Shown here: positions 24,501-36,500 of the stretch, one piece after another
How positions within the stretch are numbered: position 1 is the first letter of the stretch
How the letters are laid out: every line of letters begins with the position of its first letter
Position numbers and translations under genes: made by a program
Notes under the pieces: model-generated
The model's database searches: none
Seen by the model: the letters and a program-made list of their open reading frames with translations, nothing else
Told to the model about the DNA's origin: nothing
DNA from: Podarcis erhardii
Lineage: Eukaryota
DNA length: 64,000 nucleotides
Assembly (NCBI GenBank): GCA_964252035.1
Contig: OZ176205.1
Direction: 5' to 3' (one strand)

Positions 24501-27500
24501 TGCTAGAATCAGTTTCCTTAAGATAAGTCTCTTACTCAGGCAGAAAAAAAGAGATCTACTTAGAATTCTGCATGCTGTTTCTAATTTTCAAACACAAAAC
24601 ATTTAACCATGTTTTGAGCACCAAGCTCCACCTGTTTACAAAAGCAGGAAAGATATAGAAAGCAGTTATGATTGCAGTCATATACTCACACTTACTTGGA
24701 AGTAAGCCCAATTGAACTCAATGGTTTTCACTTCTCGGCCATTGTAAGTATGATTGGGTCACATACAAGGTAACTGGTATCTCAGTTACAACTGCTACAT
24801 ATGCACCACACCAGAATAAACTACAAGGCTCAAAGTAATGTAATGATGCCTTTTAGTTGAATCTTTAGATGCTGAATTTGTCATCAAGACACAACATACA
24901 GTACCACCCTGAAAGGTTCAGTGTGCTGGTATTGTTGCATGAAGTTGTGTGGATAACTATGAACACACCAAAACATTAGGGCTCAAAACAACATGGAATG
25001 GCACCAGAAATCTATCATTTGTGACATCTCACTTCACAGAAACACCACTTCTGAAATTACCATGGCTCTGTCACACTGTATTGAATGGATAACTGAACTC
25101 ATCCCAAAAGAACTCTAGCAAACCTAACTTTTGCTGTACTTCACATGACTATACAAATGACTATACACATGACTATACAAATCTGCAAGTATTGTGTATT
25201 GTACCCTTTACTAGGTATCAGCAACTAAACTTAAGAGCTTCAGAGTAAAATACAAATCTAGAAAAAATAAATACCAACAGAATAAAAGTTGGGGACTTAT
25301 TTAATTATGAAATACATATATTACTTTATACCTAGAGATAATATTTTAATATAAAATTTGTAAGTTCAATTAGTAGCAATAAAAATCAATGACTTTTACT
25401 CAAGAGTTATGCTTCTGGATATAGTACCAGCCTTCTTCACTTTCATACTTACTAGTGCAGTCTTAAAACAATAATTCTAAGCTTTTGGCCAAAAAAAATG
25501 CCTTCATCCATTAGCATACTGAAGTCTGGCATTAGTATTCTNNNNNNNNNNNNNNNNNNNNNNNNNNNNNNNNNNNNNNNNNNNNNNNNNNNNNNNNNNN
25601 NNNNNNNNNNNNNNNNNNNNNNNNNNNNNNNNNNNNNNNNNNNNNNNNNNNNNNNNNNNNNNNNNNNNNNNNNNNNNNNNNNNNNNNNNNNNNNNNNNNN
25701 NNNNNNNNNNNNNNNNNNNNNNNNNNNNNNNNNNNNNNNNNNNNNNNNNNNNNNNNNNNNNNNNNNNNNNNNNNNNNNNNNNNNNNNNNNNNNNNNNNNN
25801 NNNNNNNNNNNNNNNNNNNNNNNNNGTACAGGCTTATTAATTCTTAATTATGTTCATGAAAGGCAACTTAAATCATGTGTTTTCTTATGCCTTATGATAA
25901 TATTTTAGGTAACAACTGATCTTGAAATGTATGCACTATCTGATGAGCAAAGTCCTGTTGTCTCATGCATTAGAAGGTAAATCTATTTGAAAAGACAAGC
26001 GGCATTAAAATGTCACAGGCTGAGAAGCATTTGATATCAAAATCCAAAACAGAATCACGACACTTCGTTTTCCTATCAGCGGGAAAAATCTCAACATCTA
26101 CACTTCAGAAACCTAGAATGACAAATAATGGAACTAGGCTTGGTGTTGAGAGCTGCTAAAAGTCTGAAAACAAATTAGACCCAACTTTGAATCTCCACTG
26201 GCCTCATTTCAGTAGAATATATAAAATTAAGATGGAAGCCACAGAACACATTTGTTTTTTAAGGGTAAAATTTAAAAAATATTTCAGAATAATGGAAGTG
26301 CGTGCGGCATCATCATTTGAATGCATCATCAGGCTGCCACCACTGAATGGAAACTAGAGGGTTGTGATGCCAAAGACTCTCTGATGTTACTGGTGGGTGG
26401 TGTTTGGCAGCTGCAGAGACTTTCAGGGTAGTTTGCACTGTGCAAGCTCTATGCTCCTGGAAGAGGACAGTCAGATTGAAGATGTCCTTGGGCTGCGCTT
26501 TAAGCCAAGTTACTCAAGAAGACCAGCTCCTCCAAACTTGAGGATACAGAGAGGACAAATGGCAAAACAACAACAACAACAACAAAACAACTGCACTGGA
26601 TATAGCTTTGCTCTAATTGTGCCATTCAATTGACAGCGTTCTGACCCAGTCTGCGCACCATGGTAACCAAAGCTCCTGCTTTGCTTCTCCCCTATGGCAA
26701 ACAGGAGCAACAAACCACAATTGCTGGCTTACTGTTACATCTGAACTAGGGACTGTAGTTGACTTCGATCCAACATGAAGCCAAGATTTGTTCTCGGCTT
26801 ACCAATTGTGGTGGGTATGGATCAAATGAACGACAATCCCAATTTGGAGTTCCTTGTTGCTGGTGCTACTTCTGGCTTCTGCTTGGCTGGTGTTGACCCG
26901 TGACAAGGCTTTTTTGAAAGTGGCTCCCCATTTTTAGAATAGCCTCCTTGGTGAGGTGCGGTTGTCTCCTTCATTATTGACTTTCAGGCAAAATTTAAAG
27001 ACATTCCTGTTTACCCAAGCATATGATGGCTATGAGTTACTGGCCATGGCAACCTTGAAATTAGTAACTGTGAAGCTATGTGATTGTTTTTAAAAGTTTT
27101 AAGTGGTTTTAAAATGTTTTAAATATGTTTATCTTAAGTTGTTTTGTTTTAATGTAACATTTGCTGCTCTGGGATCCTTTGGGAGAAAAAGCAGCATACA
27201 AATAAGTAAAATACACTAAGCCAAGGATTGTGGTTTGCTGTTCCCACTAGGAGAGGAGTGAAGCAGGTGCAATCTCCACAGTGGCTGTAAACAATCAACT
27301 ATGGTTTACCATGATATAGAAACTGGACCAGTGATTTATTACCACAACCAAATTTAAATTCTAAATAAATTAATCTTAAGCATCAATCTGGTAAAACCAA
27401 TTTGATGAGCCATGACCTGAAGGTCAGTTCTAGAATTATTTAAGGTCAATCAAATCAGCCCCTTGAAGATAAGAGACAATATACGCTGACCTATCTGCTG

Positions 27501-30500
27501 GGGGGGGGGGGTTTGGGTTTTTTTAAGATAAAGCTTAAAAGTATCTTTCCTCGTAGAAGATATGCTTTAGTGTCTTTCCAAAGCAAAAAGAATACTTGTT
27601 GAATATTAAACACGTAAGACATGTAATTATTTAACATTATTAATTTTATACTCTGCAAAGTCAACACAAGTCTCATTAAAATGTTAATTTAAGAATAACA
27701 TTTTATGTATTAATATTTAAATTTTAAATGTAAAACTGAAGGATGTGATATGTAATATTTAAACAGGGTATCTATGCATGATTGTCTTAGTACAGTCTGC
27801 ATATGAACCACTTAACCCCAACTTTCTTTAAAGACAATTGCTATTTTTTACTGGGCTCACACCATTTCTTGCTACATCTTTCTGCAGGCAATGACACTTT
27901 TATTGCAATCAGTCCAGTCAACACTAAACTAATTGTTTCTGTTTAGGAAGTTTATTTGAAAATATTAAGATTGTTTGAGGCTATGTGCCTCTTCATCTGT
28001 AACTCTCAGAGTAGATACAGTTGAGCTTGATGGATTAGCCATTAAAATAATACAAAGCTAAAGAAATATAAAGGCCCCATCCTGCTGTAAGCCACTATGA
28101 CTAATTTACATATTACTTACTGTCCATGATTGCCACTGAAAACTTTTCCACTTGTGTATCCATATGGTGTGTGTTATCCTTAAAAAGGTGTCATGAGCCA
28201 GGAATCAGGTTCACCTGCTGAACAGCATCCTGAAAGGGGAGGAGGTGGAGTGACTCCACCTGCAGTTGATCAGCCTTCAAGGACTCAGAGGGGAAGGCAC
28301 TGGTGAGAACCAACTGGATTTAGCCTTCTTAAGCAGTTTCCAGCAGGAATCAATTGCTGGTAACAATGCTAGTAGTTCTTGGCCCTACCTTGCTGCTACC
28401 TGCTCGTCTTGACCCTGCACCCAATGATCACTGGATTCCCTGACCCCTAGACTGTCTGGTCATGTGGATTGCTGTTTGCCTGACCCTAGGACTGGACCTG
28501 ACTTTGAATGCTAACTCTGCCTCCAGGCATGTACACCTCAGAGACTCTCCCACTCCACTGAGCTCAGCAACCAGACTATGACAAAAGGTCTCTACCTTTT
28601 TTTATCAGTCTACAAGTGTGGAGTATTTTAACACTAGCATCACAAAACTATGAAGCAGTTAGAATGCAAAACTGTGCATTTAAATGTTCCTCCTCACATC
28701 ATTAATAGCAGGGAAGGGTTTTGAAGTGGCAACAACAGATGGAAATTGGTCCTGAGAAGTACAACAAAGAGTGTGGTAGTTCTGTTCTCTGTAATGTGCC
28801 ATTTTGTAAATCTACACAAATAGAACAGTAACCATGGGTGAGTTATTCATAATTCATTTGGGGAAGCAGAAGACTGGCAAAGGTCATTATTGAGTGATAA
28901 AATCGCCCCAACCTTGCCCATGCCCAAGGAGTTACTGTGATGAGGCTCTGGCCTGCTGACTAGAACAGTCTATTCCTCCCAGCTATCCGGCTTCTATTAG
29001 CTTTGTTACAAATTGAGAGAGAAAGGAAAGAGGGAAGCATAAAAAAAGAACAGCTCTACAGGTTTGGAACATTTTAAACTCAGGAGTTAATCATCACAGA
29101 AAATTTATTAGCATACGGTTATGTTCCACTTATGTGTGGGGCAGCAAAAGAGGTTGGAGAAAATATTTTGGGGAGTGGAAGCAGCTACCTCATATTAGCC
29201 CAGGAGAAATACCAGATTATATAACCTCTTGAAGATCAGTGGCTCTGTGAGGGATTTTAAATTCAGGTAGCACTTCAAGCATGAGGGGGGCATGACACTG
29301 TACAGTATGATCCAAGAAAGGGTATTCTTATGATCCCTCTGCAAATGCAGTGCTAGTTACTGCAATGCCCAATTGTCAAAGACTCCATACTTTTAAAAAC
29401 TAGGTGTAATAATCTTGTTGCTTACTGAGTCCTCCTGATAAGAAAAAGGCCAAGCACCCACATAGATTTTGTTAAATGTCTTTGTGATTTTGATAACAGA
29501 ATCGTTGAGATATTACTGATGCAGCTGTAGGCTTTTGTAAGTGTAAATGGAATTGTGCCCAAATGCCTTCACTCTTTTTTCCTCAGAGGCCGGCATCAGC
29601 CAACCACTCTTCTGCATCACAGCTCTTTTAGAAATAGCACCACAGGATCCTATTCTTTTGCACCTTCTGCTCTACAAGTCTGAGCGATGAAAGGACCTGA
29701 CACTGAAGATGTTTAGGCCACATCGTTATCAAAAAAGTCATGATGCACAGTTCTACAACAGGATTTTCCCTCTTTATAATGCCATGACAGTCCTAAGGTT
29801 TCTCAACACAGGGGAGCACTGGACCAACTAAGGCTGCAATCTTACACGCTTCCCTTAAAGTAAGTTTTATTGAATTTGTGAGACTTAGTAGGTATGCAAA
29901 GGATTATACTGTTAATGATGTATTTAGTATGGGCTAATCAAGGTGCAGATGAAATGCCAGAAGGTTACAGCTGTAATGTTTTTTTTATGAAGCAAATACA
30001 ACTTTATATATTTCCAGAACCTGGTCTCTATCTTGATCTGAAAAGACATTGGTATTAATTTGGTAACCTCATGCAGGGATGGAGTCTACGTGCTACACTA
30101 CATAAGAGACTTCTTTTGAGTTAAAAACAACATATACTTGGATCTTAAGAGAATGTATTGTGTTAATTTCAATTCCATAACTAAGCGCCTTGTGTACAAT
30201 CCATCCAACTATACTCATCTTCATTGGAGTCTTTGCACCATAGCCTAGCAAGTTTCTTTCAAAGGCAAGGATGCAATAGCCTGCTTCTCTGTAACAGACT
30301 GGGAGTGGTGTACATAAATCTAATGGTTATTCACGCATGTATGTTTTCTTCATGCAACAAAGATCAACAAGTTGTTGTTGCTGTTAAAATTAATGGCCAC
30401 AAAGTGGCAAAACAGTTTACTGAACGGCAAAGAGGGGAGCTAATAAAGAGTTCCTTTACTCAAATTGTACAGCAGAGGAATGCATGGTCACCAACAAATC

Positions 30501-33500
30501 GGCATAAGAATTAAAACAGTTCTGTCAGTCATCACTAACTGCAGCAGAAAACCACCCAGGGCATACCTCTAGCATCCAAACAACAACATACTAGACAGAC
30601 AGCAACGCCACTGGTGATCCACAACAATTTCTTACAAACTTGCTACCTGTTGAAAGAATTGCATTTTTCCAGATATGACATACTGCAAATTTGAGTGCAA
30701 GGAAACAGTGATTTCTCCACAACAGGATATAATTATGAAGAAAAATATATGGACTGTGAACCAAAATGAGAAATCAATACATATTTACCGTGCAATAAGA
30801 ATTTTATTTGTGAGGGAAAGCTTTTAATCAGTTTTCAAGACTCTAGTTTTAGGACTTTTCCATTCTAGATTTTGATTTTTCATTTATATAAATACTGACC
30901 CTAAACTGATATATTTTAGAGCAGGCATTCCTTGCTGCATTGCATGATGCTCTCCTATACATACAGAATCAACACAAGGAGTAGAATACCAGCAGGCATT
31001 CATTGGCGAACGGTTTAGAAGCACTGCAACATACAGCAACATACAGCTGGAGCAGCTTCAACAGTTCATAGTAAGGAGTTGTAAGCCAATGCCACCCCTT
31101 TCCTGATGACCCCTGCAACTGAGGGGCTATGGAGTACGAACCCAGGACTGAGGCCACTTCTCAATTGGAGTTAGATGTAGCACCACAACAGTTTCTGGAA
31201 TGTACTCTTGCTTAATTCATTGACTAAAGATTCTGCGTATAGAATCATTTCAAGAGCAGAACAGCCTAGCCTTCAGCGGTACAAGAATTCTGCGTATTAA
31301 TTTGATGAAATGAGCCTAGGGAGTATGACTGGCATGCAATGTTATTTGGAGTAATTTAAACAAAAAACCAAGCCAGATCAAAGGAGGAAAGTTGTGCACC
31401 TTTAACATTCATAAACCTATAGGTCATAAATCACAACTTTCTTTTTCTAGATATGTAGGCCTTAATGTCCTTTTGATACATATTTCAAAACACCTAGCAG
31501 GGTATCATCTCAAAGAGTATATATGTTTAAATATGGATTTTCCTTGTTTAGTAGACATATTCAGCATTACAAACAGCTCTTGCACTATCTGAATACAGGC
31601 TGTGTGAAGAGACAATCACCTTTCATCCCTTCCCTTTTTTCTTCATTTCTTGCTATTAGGAAACCATTCACAAGTGCAACCCTGAACAATGTTATGCAGT
31701 AATTATGACTACATGACAAAGAGATGTGAACAATTACTGAGGCTGTTTTGAAACCCTATACTAATAAAGTCATTAGATGCTGCCCTTGCCATGATCCTTC
31801 TAAAAGCTTCTGAAGTTACAAGAACACACAGCATTGTTTGTAGGGACAATTGCTGCTGGCAGAATGCAAACCTTGAGTTTAACCATGCTTCAAATTGATC
31901 TTGACATTCTGTTAAGACCACCACTAAAATCAAAAGCAAAGGAGAAAAGGAGAAAATGAGCGGGTGGGATATAATCAAGAAACAGGAGGGTTCCCTCCTC
32001 AACTTCTCTCCTCTGCTTCTTCTACAAAACATGCCACAGACAAAATGACAAACTTGCCTGGTAGTAAATCTTTATTTCTTAAAACATTAATTAGACTCCT
32101 GACCCGGGCACCTTTAAGCACCTTTGATAATTATGTTGTTGTAAGTAAATTGAACTGTGTTTAAATTATTATAGACAAAATAGAATCAATTTCTGACAAA
32201 CTTAGACAAAAGTCTAAGAATGGACTGCTATCTAAACAGGAACAGATCCAATTCTTTTGCAAGTTACCTCTTGCTGAATTTTATTTCATTCCATGAGAAG
32301 CCATCAGAACTGAAGGCAAGTGGGTGATGCTTAAACTGGCTGCTGTATTTTTCATGTCTTCCAACTAAATCACAAAGTGACATTGATTTAGAACATGTAT
32401 TTGACTTAAAATGGTTCTCTCCCACTTTCTCTATTGACTTAAAAACATTCAGAAGTGGCACAAACCAGACTAAAAGGGCATCTGTCATCACTTGCATGTG
32501 AACGAAGACCAGTGCATACAAAAGCAGTAAATCTACTGGTTTTCATTCAGATGAACTAGCAAAAAGGATGTATGATATGTGAATCTGGCTAATTATTTGG
32601 TCATGGAAATAAGGAAATGTGTATGTCAATTACCCCTTTCTTAAGCTGAGACACTAAAGGAGAAAGAAACATTTTAAAATTAAGACTAGCAAGCACCCGC
32701 CAAGGAAAAGAGGATTTGAAATATTGTACTCAAGGGCTCGGGGCTAAACACAACAAACAGACATGTGTTTGGTCAATGAGTTTGATCCTGAATTGCTGAT
32801 GAGTTATAACCATGTGCATAGAAATTGATATGATTCTTCAGTAGCTGCTATTATTTAACTTGCATTTTATTTAACTTGATAAATTAATTGTGGCTTTGTT
32901 GGTTTTTTATGGTTTATGTCAACCACTTTGGGTGCAAGAATAATAAATTTTATTTGCTGCTAACAATAATAAGGCCATCAGGTAAGGATGAGCATCAGTG
33001 CTCCACTGTGGACTTCCTGGCCCCACATAATCTCTTTCAATCCTCCATCATAATGAGAGGAAGGTAAAATGCAATTTTAGGTCTGACTCCTTCTGCAGAT
33101 AATAGCGGCTCTGAATAAAGGCTGCAGAGTGAGGAAATGGAGGGAGAAAGAACCAATAGGCTGCAGTAGTAATGCACCTGGTTTGGCAATCCAATTGTCC
33201 GCTGTTCAAATTGGGCGCTACTTTGTGGAAATATGCATACAATAGCTTGGATTCTAAGAAAAGCAAGCAGAAGGGAGTTCACAGAAGGAAAGGTCCCTTC
33301 CTCCCCTATCCCAGCAGCCACCTGTGCTATCACCAGCTTCTCCAGAGGATCAGGGGCTCCTCCTGAACAACATGGAAAAAGGTATGATGGGGGTTTCTGG
33401 AGGAGGGAGAACCCACCCAAAATCATGTCTGACCTTCCAGTTGGAGGAACAATTTTCTATGAATGTCTTTCCACCCACTTAAGAGTCCAAGACATTTGCT

Positions 33501-36500
33501 TTAATTTTCAATAAAATATCTAACCTTAATCTGTCCTCATACCACCAAAGTGACAGGTCCATATTAAGTTAACAGATATTTGTAGATACACATAACAAAG
33601 TCTATCAACAATCATAGCCAGGACTTTATATTTTTAATATATTGTGTTGGGAAGATAGTAATTTAATATTACCCCATCTGTTAGATTTATATTGAAGTAG
33701 CCTTCACAATTTTCATGTGATAGCACTATGGTCTCTAGTTAGCAATTCCTCACTATCCCCATGCTGCATGAATAACCCTGCAGCCCAAGAGTAACCTAAA
33801 TTTATATGTATATATTAAGTATTAATTGTATTTTGACCTTCCCTATGCTCCACCTAGAATGGAAGCATGGCTGGGAGGGAGAAGAGAAGGCTCTCTCAGT
33901 AACTGCACACAGTATCTTACCTCATGAAATGTGGCTGGCACCCTCTGTCATTGTTTTTCACTGGTTGCTGAAGACTTTTTTCTGGCAGGTTTTTCTTTTA
34001 TGAGGTAGACAATGTTGTAATGATTTTTTAAAAAACTGCTGATGTCATCTCTTTTGAAAAGTTTTTTTGCTCGTTTTATTAAATCGCAATCTTTATAGGC
34101 TGTAAGACACCCTGAGCAGAGTGTATTTATACAAGAAGGGTGGTTATAAATGCTCTAATGAAATAAAATTAAATAAAAAATCGTTTGTTTATATATAGCC
34201 ATTTGAAAACTGCTATACAATAATTCCTTTGTCATAAACTGATAGCAAAACCCAAAAGTGTAAGCTTAAGCATCTTATTGTATTTCACAATCAGGTTCTA
34301 GATCCATTGAGAATAGCTATAAAGCCTTAAACAAGCCCTTTATTAAGTGTTTCTAAAAGTGTCATAAGGAGTTAATAGGACACAGCTGTACAGACTCTTT
34401 CTAATAAGCAGCTTCTGTCGCTTTGGTCACCACAGGTGTCTCTGTAACCTACAAACTCTTATAACTAGTGTATCAAAGTTGTGCTACTTAATAGACTTCT
34501 TTAGTAAAACACAACAAAGCAATGACATGCCTGTTGATTGTCAGTCATAAAAAAACCTCCCTCAAACACAGATTTTCAAAAGAAACTACACTGCAATTTT
34601 TTGTCATTGTAAAATAAAAGAAACTAGAGAATTAAACAGAGACTAGAACAATATAACAGCAGGCAGTCGACTGAACTTAGCCACTGCAGATGGTTTAGAA
34701 ATAGTGTTTCCTTCGACACCAAGTTGTGGGATAAAAGGAAAGGAGGGAACTCCCTACCCCCAGTGAATGGCAGCATGTAAGATTTAGCCCAATCTCTTGT
34801 CCACATATTTTGCCGTGTTAAAAAGCATAGTTACTTCATTCATATCTGTGTTACAAAGTACTTTTTATCCCTCTTTTCAATAGTAATTAAAACAATTAAA
34901 AGCACGGGTCAACACTGTGAGCTAATCTAAATTAAATTAAGATTATGGTAAATGCATCCAAGTAGTCTGTGGAGTATTATGCAAGAACATTGCATGTTTC
35001 AGTCTTAATTTGAAAAGTTAACTGCAATTAACTCATTTGTAAGTTAACGGGCGGCATGGTGGAGGAATGCACATGTCAGTGAACTAGTCCGATAGGAACA
35101 CAAAACCATGTGATTTCTTAAGTGTTTATATTAAGTAACAATTATCAATAGCAACATGGAATGAGACCATCCTTGAAGTTAATAAAAAGGAGATCAGCTA
35201 CTACAATTTTAAGATCCTTCCATCATAAAAATATATAGACATAGGCTCATTGTGTGTATCTGAAGAAGTGTGCATGCACACGAAAGCTCATACCAAGAAC
35301 TGACTTAGTTGGTCTTTAAGGTGCTACTGGAAGGAATTTGTTTTGTTTTGAATATTTCTAAAGACTATCATGATGAATGACATAACCCGCACATTCCACC
35401 AGTTACAGAAAGAACTTTGGTAAGGAACTATTGCCAGCAGACAATTAAGTGCAATCTAAAGCCCAATAACTGTATCACCATATGGGAAAACTTCTGCCTT
35501 TATTTATCACAATTAGGCTGCATTTGACAAAAGTCAAATGGATCAGATTAAATCCAGTGTAGCAATTCTTGTTATTTTTCATATTACAAAACTTTCCCAC
35601 ATGAGCTCAAAACAGAGACCCTTCAAACTAAACTTCCTGTGGTGTATTAAAAAACTATTAATAACAAAGAGACAGATGGAAAATGGGTGTTTGTAGATGG
35701 TTCTGGTATTACACTTACATATCTATGCAACGCAATAGATTCTTTACAGTTCATCAGGATGTGGGAACAGGTTTCAACTTGCTTACACCCTACAGGTCCA
35801 TCCCACTGCTTTATTCTATCCCATAACAGAAAGTTCTCTCCTTTCTAATTCCCCATCCCAGACACAACAGATCACTGCATCAATCTGCAGGAGGTTTGCT
35901 ACACTTCCTTCTTATACCACCCTTGAACTCATTCTCCAAGTCTGAATCTTTATACTGCCAAACTGGCACCACCACACACAAAGGGGAAGTATCATCAGGT
36001 GTGGAGAGAACCCAATGGTTTCCACCCAAAATGAAAATTCTTTAGGAAAACACAACCCTGAGGAAGAAACCCCAAAACAGGTAAAAGAGGACTTGGTATG
36101 TGTCAATCGGCACAGAAATGCTGATTTAGTATTGGGGGCTAATAGACAGAAAATCAAGTGGAGGAAAAAGAATAGGACAGAGTATGTGCTGAAAGAAGGC
36201 ATGACTGGTAGGCTAGAAATCTGAACTGAAGAAGGCCACACTGGCCCAGTTCACATTACATCTTAAGCCATAGTAAAAATAAACTATGAAATAAACAATT
36301 TGAATGAGCAGCATGCTAGTGCATGCGTCTCAAAAGTGGATGCATTTCAAAAGTCCACATTATGCTGCTCCCCTAATCTACATATTTTTCCACACATGGA
36401 ACAGCAAGCTACTTAGTTTCCTTCCTGGCATGGAAGCAGCAGGAATGGAAGAAGAGTGAAGAATGGGCATTTGAGCAGTGTGTACCAGCAAGATCATTCA

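Noticed and set aside
25498-25908. 136-aa ORF (also 39657..39869)
   Set aside because: Artefacts of translating through N-gaps.
26397-26713. Poly-Q and poly-C ORFs on opposite strands
   Set aside because: Both are translations of the (CAA)6 microsatellite.
33246-33491. Possible MITE with CTTGGATTCTAAG / CTTAAGAGTCCAAG ends, overlapped by several short ORFs
   Set aside because: The inverted ends are imperfect with no clear TSD, and the ORFs have no recognisable homology.
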